A stretch of DNA of 64,000 nucleotides, from the NCBI GenBank assembly GCA_023140255.1, contig JAGLLX010000003.1:7485-71484 (forward strand). Direction: 5' to 3'. Both the position numbers and the translations under genes were made by a program. Positions within the stretch are counted from its first letter, which is position 1. Each line of letters begins with the position of its first letter. Below, in pieces: positions 44,170 through 53,539 of this stretch. The DNA is from Minisyncoccota bacterium (lineage in GTDB: Bacteria > Patescibacteriota > Minisyncoccia > Phycocordibacterales > UBA12079). The notes beneath the pieces were generated by a model that was given only the letters and a program-made list of their open reading frames with translations, searched no databases and had not been told where the DNA came from.

Positions 44170-46200
44170 ATGAATAATATATTAAAAATTACAGGTGCGA
44201 TTTTGATTTTAATAGCTATCTTTTTAGGTGGTTCTTTTCTGAATATTTTGGATGGAAATGTAGCTTTGGCTGCTGATGCTCCAACATGTTCAATGAATGC
44301 TATTCCTGCTAATATCATGCAAGGTCAAGCATCAACGATTACTTGGTCTTCTAACAATGCTACTTCAGTATATATACAAAATTTAGGAACTGATATTGGT
44401 ACAGTAGGTCCAGCAGGATCAAGAACGGTTAGACCTACTACTACAACTCTTTATAGAGGAACATTTACAGGTCCAGGAGGAACAATAGTTTGCTCAAGAA
44501 TTGTAAATGTTACTTATCCAGTTACTCCTCCAGATGCACCAACTTGTTCTATGAGTGCTATCCCAAGTAATATCTATCAAGGTGGAAGTGCAACTATTTC
44601 TTGGTCTTCTAATAATGCTACATCAGCATCTATTTCTAATATTGGGACAGTAGCTACTGCAGGTTCAAGAAATGTGAGTCCAAATTCAACTACAACTTAT
44701 ACAGGAACATTCACAGGAGCAGGAGGTTCAGTGACTTGTTCAAGAACAATTACTGTTACCCCTGCGTCTAATCCTGCACCAACTTGTTCTTTGACAGCAA
44801 GCCCATCTTCAATTCACGCAGGAGATAGTTCAACTTTATCTTGGACAGCAACAAATGCTACTTTAGGATATATAGAGAATCTAGGAGCTGATGTAGGAAA
44901 TGTTAATTCTGTTGAAGGTTCAACAATAGTAAACCCAACTACAACATCTCTTTATACAGGAACGTTTACAGGCCCAGGAGGTTCTGTGACTTGTACAGCA
45001 ATGGTAAATATTATTACCATTTGCCCCATGACATGTTCTTTAGGAGCTATCCCTTCTACTATTTATATAGGAGAAAGTGCTACTCTTAATTGGGATTCAG
45101 ACGGAGCTGAAACAGGAACTATTGATAATGGTATTGGTATTGTAGATGTTTCTGGTTCAGTAACCGTTTCTCCTACACAGACAACTACTTACACAGGAAC
45201 ATTTGGATCATATCAAATATGTTGCAGTGAGACAGCAACTTGTTCTACTACTGTTACAGTTCAAGGAACTCCACCACCAGCACCAACATGTTCTATGAAT
45301 GCTGATCCGACTACTATTGATCAAGGTGGATCTTCAACATTAACTTGGACAACTACAAATGTTGCTTCAGTTTCTATTGATAATGGAGTTTCATCTACTA
45401 ATGTAAATGATTCAGAATCTGTTTCTCCAACTTTAAATACAACTTATACAGGAACATTTGTTGGAACTAATGGAGACACAATTTACTGTGATGCTAGTGT
45501 TACAGTTCAAGGAACTCCACCACCAGCACCAACATGTTCTATGAATGCTGATCCGACTACTATTGATCAAGGTGGATCTTCAACATTAACTTGGACAACT
45601 ACAAATGTTGCTTCAGTTTCTGTTGATAATGGAGTTTTATCTACTAATGTAAATGACTCTGAAGGAGTTTTTCCTAATACAAGTATCACTTACACAGGAA
45701 CATTTGTTGGAACGAATGGCGATACTATTTATTGTGATGCAACAGTTACTGTAGAGGGAACTCCACCACCATCTCCAACATGTACTATGAATTTTAATCC
45801 TACAGCAGTGAGAACAGGAGGAAGTTCTACTTTGACATGGACTTCAACAAATACCACTTCAGCAGATATTGATAATGGAGTAGGAACAGTAGATCCTAAT
45901 GATTCAATGTCAATTACACCTCCTGATGCAATGACTTATACAGGAATATTTACAGGACCTTATGGTTCAGTGACTTGTTCTGCTTCAATTTCTGTTAGCT
46001 CAGTTTGTCTTGTAAATTGTGGAGGAGGAAATAATCCACCGAATGTAAGTTTGATGAGTAAACTTTTCCCAGGAGATGATCCTGATCCATCTTATATTTA
46101 TTTGAGCCAAGTACCTTACACAGGATTCTTAGGAAAAATATTAAATGGAGTTAAGTTTATTATGGTTACTGTCCCGACTTTTATTATGGTGAATATTTAA
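44170..46200 (+). CDS. Surface protein with ~7 tandem ~80-aa Cys-containing repeats and a C-terminal VPYTG + hydrophobic tail (candidate sortase substrate)
   Basis: Repeated (A)PTCSMNA.P..I.QG.S.T..W.S.N..S....N.G...........YTGTF.G..G...C. Two units (45259-45504 and 45505-45750) are ~95% identical at the DNA level. The C-terminus is SQVPYTGFLGKILNGVKFIMVTVPTFIMVNI. Confidence 0.5.
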   Translation: MNNILKITGAILILIAIFLGGSFLNILDGNVALAADAPTCSMNAIPANIMQGQASTITWSSNNATSVYIQNLGTDIGTVGPAGSRTVRPTTTTLYRGTFTGPGGTIVCSRIVNVTYPVTPPDAPTCSMSAIPSNIYQGGSATISWSSNNATSASISNIGTVATAGSRNVSPNSTTTYTGTFTGAGGSVTCSRTITVTPASNPAPTCSLTASPSSIHAGDSSTLSWTATNATLGYIENLGADVGNVNSVEGSTIVNPTTTSLYTGTFTGPGGSVTCTAMVNIITICPMTCSLGAIPSTIYIGESATLNWDSDGAETGTIDNGIGIVDVSGSVTVSPTQTTTYTGTFGSYQICCSETATCSTTVTVQGTPPPAPTCSMNADPTTIDQGGSSTLTWTTTNVASVSIDNGVSSTNVNDSESVSPTLNTTYTGTFVGTNGDTIYCDASVTVQGTPPPAPTCSMNADPTTIDQGGSSTLTWTTTNVASVSVDNGVLSTNVNDSEGVFPNTSITYTGTFVGTNGDTIYCDATVTVEGTPPPSPTCTMNFNPTAVRTGGSSTLTWTSTNTTSADIDNGVGTVDPNDSMSITPPDAMTYTGIFTGPYGSVTCSASISVSSVCLVNCGGGNNPPNVSLMSKLFPGDDPDPSYIYLSQVPYTGFLGKILNGVKFIMVTVPTFIMVNI

Positions 46201-46286
46201 AAAATAAAATTTTAAAAGGGCGAGCCGTAGGCTCGCCCTTTTAATTTGTTGTTTTAAAAAAGAAAAGTAGATGTTATATTAAATTA

Positions 46287-47192
46287 ATGCAAAATAATAA
46301 GATTATTGTAATTTTAGGACCAACAGCTTCAGGAAAATCAGATTTAGCTGTTACTTTAGCCCAAAAATATAACGGAGAAATTATCTCAGCTGATTCACGT
46401 CAGGTATATAAAGGTTTAAATATTGGTTCAGGGAAAATAACTAAAAAAGAAATGAAGAATATTCCTCATTATCTTTTAGATATACTTAAACCACAGAGAA
46501 ATTTTTCTGTGGGTCAATTTAAGAAAAAAGCAGATAAGATTATTGAGGATATTTTAAAAAGAGGGAAGCTCCCAATTTTAGTAGGAGGAACTGGTTTTTA
46601 TATTCAGGCAGTTGTAGCTGGAATTATTTTACCTGAAGTGAAGGCTAACTTAGTTCTTAGAAAAGACTTGGCGCTCCGAGCTCCAAGTGAATTATTTTTG
46701 ATGTTAAAGAGAGTAGATCCTGAAAGAGCTAAAAACATTGACGCTAAAAATCCTCGTCGTTTAATTCGAGCAATTGAAATTGCTACAGATTTAGGAAAAG
46801 TTCCATCTTTAAAATTACTTGGTAGTCATACTGCTAATTGGGAAGTGTTGCAAATTGGTGTTAAGACAGATCAAGGCATTTTGAACAAAAGAATTGAGAA
46901 AAGATTTTACAAAAGAGTAAAAGCGGGGATAGTAAAAGAAGCTGAGAATTTACATAAAAAAGGATTAACATATAAAAGAATGTTAGAAATTGGGTTAGCG
47001 CACAAATATATTCCACTCTTACTTAAAAATAAAATTTCTCAGCAGGAATTTATAGATAATTCTATTAAGGAAGAACAAAAATATGCAAAAAGACAAAGAA
47101 CTTGGTTCAAAAAAGATAAAAGAATTGAATGGTTTGAATTAGGAGATTTAAAAAATATTAACAAAAGAATTTCTAATTTTTTAAAAAACTAG
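46287..47192 (+). CDS. miaA: tRNA dimethylallyltransferase
   Basis: GPTASGKSDLAV...ISADSRQVYKGLNIGSGK. Confidence 0.8.
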   Translation: MQNNKIIVILGPTASGKSDLAVTLAQKYNGEIISADSRQVYKGLNIGSGKITKKEMKNIPHYLLDILKPQRNFSVGQFKKKADKIIEDILKRGKLPILVGGTGFYIQAVVAGIILPEVKANLVLRKDLALRAPSELFLMLKRVDPERAKNIDAKNPRRLIRAIEIATDLGKVPSLKLLGSHTANWEVLQIGVKTDQGILNKRIEKRFYKRVKAGIVKEAENLHKKGLTYKRMLEIGLAHKYIPLLLKNKISQQEFIDNSIKEEQKYAKRQRTWFKKDKRIEWFELGDLKNINKRISNFLKN

Positions 47193-47206
47193 GTATAATA
47201 TGTTAC

Positions 47207-48196
47207 ATGAGTATTAAATTAAAACTCTCTATTATTTTGTCTTTTTTGTTTATCTTTAACTTGGTTTCAGCTGAAGCTTTAGAGGTTGGTTTTATTGATA
47301 ATTTTAGGTATTCGCAGGAATCAATTTTTGCCGGGGAAGATATAAGAGTTTATGGTACTTTGCAAAATAATTCTGGTTTTGATCTTCAGGGAATTATTCA
47401 TTTTTATGACAATGAAAAATTTATTGGAGATTTTACTTTTTTTGTAGCTGATGGAAGAATTATTGAAATTTGGACAGATTGGCAGCCAAGTGAAGGAGAG
47501 CATAATTTGGAAGCTAAGATTTCTAGTATTAAAAAATTAGAAATAGCTAAGAATCCTCAGAATATTGAGTTAGAAGAGAATATTTTAATTACAGAAAAAC
47601 AAAATATAGATATTGATACAGATAAAGATGGAATAGGAAATAAAGATGATTTAGATGATGATAATGATGGTTTTTCTGATAAGCAAGAAATAGAAAACGG
47701 AACTGATTCTTTGGTTTTTGATGAATCTGTTTTAGAAACTGAAGATACTGAACAAAGTACTGGAACTGATTCAGAAAATTCTGTAACAAAAACTAAAATA
47801 ACAGGTGATTTATTTGAAAATGTAAAAGATGTAACAAATATTACTTTAGAAAAATCAAAAGAATTAACTGAAAAAACAAAGAATTTTTTAGAAGAACATA
47901 AAGAAGTGATAGATGATGAAATAGAAAAAGATAAAAAAATTGAATTAGCACAAAAAGAATTAGAAGAATCTTCTTCTGATGATTCTGAGCTTTCAGAAGA
48001 GACAGAAGATGGTCTTAATTTTTATACAGCGAGTATCATAGATGCTGTGCCTAGTATGAAAGAAATGTACAGCTTCTTTTTAGGAGTTTTAATTTATATT
48101 TTAAATAGTTGGTGGATATTATTAGGTATTATTTGTTTTGTTCTTTGGTTTTTATTGAGATCAATTAAAAACAAATTAACCTTGAGAAGATTTTAA
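47207..48196 (+). CDS. Secreted/membrane-anchored protein with an Asp-rich Ca-binding-like region
   Basis: Signal peptide. DTDKDGIGNKDDLDDDNDGFSDKQE is thrombospondin-type-3-like. A C-terminal TM helix is present. Confidence 0.4.
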   Translation: MSIKLKLSIILSFLFIFNLVSAEALEVGFIDNFRYSQESIFAGEDIRVYGTLQNNSGFDLQGIIHFYDNEKFIGDFTFFVADGRIIEIWTDWQPSEGEHNLEAKISSIKKLEIAKNPQNIELEENILITEKQNIDIDTDKDGIGNKDDLDDDNDGFSDKQEIENGTDSLVFDESVLETEDTEQSTGTDSENSVTKTKITGDLFENVKDVTNITLEKSKELTEKTKNFLEEHKEVIDDEIEKDKKIELAQKELEESSSDDSELSEETEDGLNFYTASIIDAVPSMKEMYSFFLGVLIYILNSWWILLGIICFVLWFLLRSIKNKLTLRRF

Positions 48197-48314
48197 TTTT
48201 TTGGGGAAAAATAAATTGCTTTTTGCATAAAAATTGATATGATTATTAGCACTGGGATGATTGTCGAGATTGACTCAGAATTGATTATTAAGATAAATAA
48301 GTTTAAAGAATATT

Positions 48315-48683
48315 ATGTCAGAAGTTAAAGATGTTGAGTTTTTAGAATATGTTGTAAAGGAACTAGTAGATAATCCTGAATCAGTAAAGGTTGATAGAAA
48401 AGTTGACGAGATGGGAGTTTTAATTACTCTTGATGTTGACAGAGAAGATATGGGAAAGATTATTGGTAAAAGTGGAAACACTGCCAAGGCGATTAGAACT
48501 TTATTAAGAGTTGTTGGAATGAAAAATAACTCTAGAGTTAACCTAAAAATTAATGAACCAGAAGGAAGCGTTCACCCTGCACCAAGTTATAGCGAAACTC
48601 CTACAGAAGAAGTTTCTGCTCCAGCTCCAGAAATGGACGCAGGAAGTGTAGATGACGCAATGGAAGATTTGAAGTCATTGTAA
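48315..48683 (+). CDS. KH-domain RNA-binding protein (YlqC/UPF0109-like)
   Basis: The GKIIGKSGNTAKAIRTLL GxxG KH motif. Its position just upstream of trmD is typical. Confidence 0.6.
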   Translation: MSEVKDVEFLEYVVKELVDNPESVKVDRKVDEMGVLITLDVDREDMGKIIGKSGNTAKAIRTLLRVVGMKNNSRVNLKINEPEGSVHPAPSYSETPTEEVSAPAPEMDAGSVDDAMEDLKSL

Positions 48684-48763
48684 AAACTAAAAATAAAAGG
48701 GCGACCGCTTTGCGGTCGCCCTTTTTCTTGTGTTCTAATTTAATTATGTTTTAATGTAAACAA

Positions 48764-48852
48764 TGAATCCCGTTAGAGATTTGGCGGGGTCAAAAATTAC
48801 TAATTAAATTAAGATTATTTACTTTTTGTAAATTATCTCTAACGGGATGAAT
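48764..48852. repeat. Dispersed structured element, copy 3 (short form)
   Basis: atgaat-cccgttagagatttggcgggg ... atctctaacggg-ATGAAT. It lacks the internal repeat. The 3' arm abuts the trmD ATG. Confidence 0.65.
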
Positions 48853-49476
48853 TTTCACATAATTACAATTTTCCCAGAATCTTTTGATTCATATTTAAGT
48901 GAGTCTATTTTAGCGCGAGCAATTAAAGATAAGAAAATTAAAATAAAGTTTTATAATCCTCGGGATTATGTAAAAGAAGGAAGGGTAGATTTTAAACCTT
49001 ATGGAGGTGGTCCAGGAATGGTAATGAAAGCAGAACCCGTAATTAAAGCTATCGCTAAAGCAATAGGGAAAAAGAAAGATTTTGGAATTTTGTTTCTGTC
49101 ACCTAGTGGTAAAAAATTTGATAATAATTTAGCCAAACAATATTCAAAGAAATTTAAAGATATCATAATTATCAGTGGAAATTATGAAGGAATAGATTCT
49201 CGTGTAAAAAAAGTGTTTAAGATGCAGGAAATTTCTATTGGAGATTATGTCTTAACAGGTGGAGCTTTGCCGGCGATGGTTTTAATTGATGTCATTTCTC
49301 GTCAGGTAAAAGGAGTTTTGGGAAAGGAGGAATCGTTAGAAGAAAATAGAATTTCAAGTCCAGAAGTTTATACTCGTCCTGGAATAATTAAATATAGAAA
49401 GAAAGAATATAAAGTGCCAAAAATTTTGTTATCTGGTCATCACAAAAAAATTGATGAGTGGAGGGGGAGTCACTAG
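48847..49476 (+). CDS. trmD: tRNA (guanine37-N1)-methyltransferase (short)
   Basis: MNFHIITIFPESF...YGGGPGMVMKAEPV... fits the SPOUT TrmD family. Confidence 0.75.
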   Translation: MNFHIITIFPESFDSYLSESILARAIKDKKIKIKFYNPRDYVKEGRVDFKPYGGGPGMVMKAEPVIKAIAKAIGKKKDFGILFLSPSGKKFDNNLAKQYSKKFKDIIIISGNYEGIDSRVKKVFKMQEISIGDYVLTGGALPAMVLIDVISRQVKGVLGKEESLEENRISSPEVYTRPGIIKYRKKEYKVPKILLSGHHKKIDEWRGSH

Positions 49477-49725
49477 GGCATTAAAACATAAAAACAAAAA
49501 AACAAGACGGGCGAGGCTAAAGCCTCGCCCGTTGTTCTTAAATCCTAAATTTTAATTCTAGAATAATTTTTTGTGGATTTTTTTATTTCTAAAATATAAC
49601 TAGTGCAGTTAACTGCACTATATTCAACTTCTTTTAAAGACAGATTTTGGCGAAGCTAAAATCTGTCTGTTTTTTATGTTCTAGTGTTTTTATGTTTTAA
49701 TGTTCTTATGATATAATTTAATTTA

Positions 49726-50673
49726 ATGTTTAGAAAAAAAATCATAGTCCTAAGAGGAGGGCCTAGTTCAGAATATGAAGTTTCTATGAAAACAGGAACT
49801 AGTATTTTGGAAGCTTTATCAGATGAGAAATATGATATTTCTGATGTGGCTATCACCAAAGATAATAAGTGGTTTTTGGATGGTGTAGAAAAAACTCCTT
49901 CTGAAATATTAAAAAAATGTGATTTAGTTTTTAATGCCTTACACGGAGAATACGGAGAAGATGGAAAATTACAAAAATTCTTGGATACTTTTGGTGTGCC
50001 TTATACAGGGTCTAAAAACATTCCATCAGCTTTGGCGATGAATAAAATTTTAGCTAAAAAAGAGTATCAAAAAGCTGACATAAAAACTCCTATTCATTTA
50101 GAAATAGAAAAAGATAATTTCAGTATTGCAGAAATATTTAAAACTTTTCCTATGCCAGCAGTAATTAAACCAATTGGTTTAGGTTCTTCTGTGGGGGTAA
50201 GTATTGTTCAGACAGGAATAGAATTAGATAAGGTTTTGCAGGATGTTTTTGAGTATTCTGACAAAGCAATGATAGAAGAATATATTGAAGGGAAGGAGGC
50301 GACCTGTGGAGTGATTGATAATTTCAGAGGAGAAGAAGTTTACACATTACTTCCTGTGGAAATTATTCCAGAAAGTGGTTTTTTTGATTATGAATCAAAA
50401 TACGGAGGAGGTACTCAAGAAATCTGTCCAGGAAATTTCAGTGAAGCTGAAAAGAAAGAAATTCAGGATTTAGCAAAAAAAGCCCATCAAACTTTAGGTT
50501 TAAGAGATTATTCTCGTTCAGACTTTATTATTTCGCCAAAAAGAGGTATATATATATTGGAAACAAATTCTCTTCCAGGTTTAACTAAAGAATCTCTTTT
50601 CCCGAAATCTTTAGATGCTATTGGAAGTAATTTGGAAGAGTTCGTAGAACATTTAATAAATATTAACAAGTAA
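49726..50673 (+). CDS. ddl: D-alanine--D-alanine ligase
   Basis: IIVLRGGPSSEYEVSMKTG N-terminus and an ATP-grasp core. Confidence 0.8.
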   Translation: MFRKKIIVLRGGPSSEYEVSMKTGTSILEALSDEKYDISDVAITKDNKWFLDGVEKTPSEILKKCDLVFNALHGEYGEDGKLQKFLDTFGVPYTGSKNIPSALAMNKILAKKEYQKADIKTPIHLEIEKDNFSIAEIFKTFPMPAVIKPIGLGSSVGVSIVQTGIELDKVLQDVFEYSDKAMIEEYIEGKEATCGVIDNFRGEEVYTLLPVEIIPESGFFDYESKYGGGTQEICPGNFSEAEKKEIQDLAKKAHQTLGLRDYSRSDFIISPKRGIYILETNSLPGLTKESLFPKSLDAIGSNLEEFVEHLININK

Positions 50674-50685
50674 TAAGATAAAACT

Positions 50686-51015
50686 ATGTCAAAAACAACT
50701 GATGTTACAAGTGAAAATTTTAAAGAAGAAGTTTTGGATTCAAATATTCCAGTATTAGTAGATTTTTGGGCTCCTTGGTGTCAGCCATGTTTAATGATGG
50801 GACCTGTTTTAGATGAATTAGCTGAAGATTTGGAAGGGAAGTTAAAAATCGTAAAAATAAATACAGAAATAATGGATAACCAAAATTTAGCAATTGAATA
50901 TCAAATTCAAAGTATTCCTAATATGAAATTATTTAAGAATGGAGCTGTGGCTAAAGATTATATCGGTTTAAGACAAAAAGAAATATTTAAACAAGAATTA
51001 AAATTAGAACTTTAA
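50686..51015 (+). CDS. trxA: Thioredoxin
   Basis: WAPWCQPC active site. 109 aa. Confidence 0.85.
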   Translation: MSKTTDVTSENFKEEVLDSNIPVLVDFWAPWCQPCLMMGPVLDELAEDLEGKLKIVKINTEIMDNQNLAIEYQIQSIPNMKLFKNGAVAKDYIGLRQKEIFKQELKLEL

Positions 51016-51020
51016 AAAAT

Positions 51021-51953
51021 ATGTCTGATAAAAAAACAAAATACCCTTTAATAATTATTGGAACAGGCCCTGCAGGATTGATGGCTTCAGTTTATGCTTC
51101 TCGTTATAAAATAGAACACCTGATGATAGGGGAATTTTTGGGAGGAATGATTATTGGAGCTCATAAAATCGGTAATTTCCCTGCAGAAAAAGAAATTTCT
51201 GGGATTGAATTGATTACTAGAATGAAAGAACAGGTGGATTCTTTGGGAGTTACAATGGTGCATAACAAGGTCGCTGATATTAAAAAAGAAGGTCAAGATT
51301 TTAAAATAACTACTCAAAACGGAAAAGAATTTCAGGCAGAGGCAATTCTTTTGGCTAACGGAACTGAAAATCGTAAATTAAATCTACCAAATGAAGATGA
51401 TTTTTTGGGTAAGGGGGTGTCATATTGTGCTACTTGTGACGCAATGTTTTTCCGCGATAAAATAGTGGTTGTTGTTGGTGGAAGTGATAGTGCTAATATG
51501 GCTTCATTATATTTAGCCGATGTTGCTAAAAAAGTTTATCAAATTTACCGTGGAGATAATTTGAAAGGAGAAGTTTTGAGAATTGAAAAAATAAAGAATA
51601 ACTCAAAAATAGAAGTAATTTATAATACGGAAGTTATGGCTTTGGTGGGAGATGGTAAGTTAGAAAAAGTTATTTTAAGTAATTCATATAACGGGCAAGA
51701 TGAACTTGTAGTTGATGGAATGTTTGTAGAAATCGGAACTATTCCTCAAGGGGAATTGGCTGAAGCTTTGTCTGTGGAAGTTGATGAAAAAAAATATATT
51801 AAAGTTGGAACTGATCAAAAAACAAATCAAGAGGGAGTTTGGGCAGCGGGGGATATTACAACAGGGTCAAATAATTTTCATCAAGTAATTACTGCTTGTA
51901 GTGAAGGAGCTATCGCCGCTGAATCTATTTTTAAATTTCTTCAGAATAAATAA
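51021..51953 (+). CDS. trxB: Thioredoxin-disulfide reductase
   Basis: FAD motif GTGPAGL and redox centre CATCDA. Confidence 0.85.
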   Translation: MSDKKTKYPLIIIGTGPAGLMASVYASRYKIEHLMIGEFLGGMIIGAHKIGNFPAEKEISGIELITRMKEQVDSLGVTMVHNKVADIKKEGQDFKITTQNGKEFQAEAILLANGTENRKLNLPNEDDFLGKGVSYCATCDAMFFRDKIVVVVGGSDSANMASLYLADVAKKVYQIYRGDNLKGEVLRIEKIKNNSKIEVIYNTEVMALVGDGKLEKVILSNSYNGQDELVVDGMFVEIGTIPQGELAEALSVEVDEKKYIKVGTDQKTNQEGVWAAGDITTGSNNFHQVITACSEGAIAAESIFKFLQNK

Positions 51954-52641
51954 ATATTTTTCCACTTGTTTTTTATTTTTGCTTATTATATTATTTTAGA
52001 TAGGTTGTTCTTCCTTTTAATTTAGATTTAAATGGCTATGGGGGGAAAGAGAATGGTAGAAGAAATTTTAAGAAGTCCGTGTTTGAAATGCTTGCTTAGT
52101 TTAGATAGAGAGACATGTTCTATGTATTGTTCTGTTTTGCAAGAGTACAGAAGAAAGATAGAGATATCTCCATATTATCAAAGTAAGAGGCATCATTTGT
52201 CTTCCCAAAGACTTTTGGAGGCGACTCCATCAACTCGCCATGTTTTGAAAGATGGTGACGAAAGTATAGAATTATGTTTAGCATAATCTATACAAAAAAC
52301 CTGTGATTTGTATTAAATCACAGGTTTTCAAAATGTATTGTCTTTTTTATATAATTATTGTATAGTATCAAACAGATTGTAACTTGTTTGAAAATAAAAA
52401 AAGGGGGGAAAATGAGTAACGCAAGAAGTCCTTGCCACAAATGTGCATTTGTCTGGAACAAGGTATCTTTTATCAACCAACAATAAAGGCCTTTGATTGG
52501 AGTTGATGGTTTTCAATTTTAATGAGAGGGGGGGATTCATGCTGAAATTTTTAATTTTTTTACTTGCAGTTATCCTTTTTGTTTTTGGAATCGTTTGTTT
52601 TAGAGCAGGTTCTTCTTTGATAGATTATAGTAAATCAAGTT

Positions 52642-52905
52642 TTGGATTTAAAGGAGATAAAAATGAAAGATGAAAAAGTTCGTGAAGAACCTGTTGCTAT
52701 TTACACAAAGATAGGAATTATTGCTATGGCAGGAGTATTTTTTGGTCTAATCCTGTTGTATTTTGTCCCTGAGACCGTAGACACATTAGTCCCAATCACT
52801 ATCGGTATATTAGCTGTAGTTGGAATGACTTGTTTTAATCTGGATATTTTTGATCCGTCTTTTTCAGAAGAATTTCAAGATTCTGAAGATGACTCTTGTG
52901 AGTAA
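52642..52905 (+). CDS. Small membrane protein
   Basis: 87 aa with two hydrophobic helices. It belongs to a cluster of tiny membrane ORFs (52403-53044). Confidence 0.3.
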   Translation: MDLKEIKMKDEKVREEPVAIYTKIGIIAMAGVFFGLILLYFVPETVDTLVPITIGILAVVGMTCFNLDIFDPSFSEEFQDSEDDSCE

Positions 52906-53288
52906 ATTTTTTGTAAAGGAGGTGATTGAGATGATAAGAAATAAAAATCTCTCAGAGAAATTAGCAAAAATTGCTTTACTTATTACTGCTGGAGTCTTTT
53001 TTTTATGTTTGGGAGTGGTTCTTTATTCTTGGTTTTTAAATTAATCACAGCCGTTTGATGACACAAAAAGTCATCAAACGGCTTTTTGTTTTGGAAAAAA
53101 TTGTGGGGAAGGTATCTTTCAGATTCAAATATATCAGGACTCGGTCACTCTCGTGGATATTTTATTTCGCAAGCTCATAAAATATCTCACTTCATTGACC
53201 TCCATTCACTCAAATTTTCCTCCCACTACGTTATAGGAAAATATATTTCGCTTGGTTCGAGTCCTGTCTGGTCCTACAAAATCAAAAA

Positions 53289-53312
53289 GTTCCAAAGCTT
53301 TTGCTTTGGAAC
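53289..53312 (-). terminator. Terminator of tRNA-Ala
   Basis: On the minus strand: gttccaaagcaaaagctttggaac followed by tttttgatttt. Confidence 0.55.
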
Positions 53313-53323
53313 TTAAGATTTTG

Positions 53324-53396
53324 TGGACCAGACAGGACTCGAACCCGCCACCTCCGCAGTGCAAGTGCGGCGCTCTACCAGATGAGCTACTGGCCC
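53324..53396 (-). tRNA. tRNA-Ala (anticodon UGC)
   Basis: Reverse complement gggccag-ta-gctcatctggtagagc-g-ccgca-ctTGCac-tgcgg-aggtg-gcggg-ttcgagt-cctgt-ctggtcc-a. It carries the G3:U70 alanine identity pair. Confidence 0.8.
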
Positions 53397-53451
53397 AAAT
53401 TAACCTTCATTAACTATTGAATGATTATATCAAAACTCTTTGATAAGTAAA

Positions 53452-53511
53452 CCCTGTTAGAAATCCATTTCGTCTTGATTTTACTAGTTATACCCACTAA
53501 TTTCTAACGGG
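53452..53511. repeat. Diverged relative of the dispersed structured element (ccctgttagaaat ... atttctaacgggg)
   Basis: The same TIR architecture with ~3 substitutions per arm. It lies upstream of ORF 53540. Confidence 0.45.
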
Positions 53512-53539
53512 GTAAATACATTATGCTAAAATATAACTA

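Noticed and set aside
52032-52286. Higher-GC 84-aa ORF, and the possibility of a structured ncRNA (RNase P, tmRNA, SRP) in 51960-52560
   Set aside because: I could not find the conserved P4/tag-peptide/SRP domain-IV motifs by eye. This is left unresolved, and neither a CDS nor an ncRNA is called.
53086-53316. 76-aa ORF from the six-frame track
   Set aside because: It runs across the tRNA-Ala terminator and the inverted tRNA 3' duplicate. It is non-coding by context.
53324-53396. Integrated island at tRNA-Ala
   Set aside because: No integrase or recombinase gene and no direct repeat of the tRNA 3' end were found in the window. Only an inverted 21-nt copy is present, which is reported as a finding.
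5088-53511. The cccgttagagat repeats considered as a CRISPR array
   Set aside because: The copies are thousands of bases apart, inverted within each element, and not regularly spaced. No cas genes are present.
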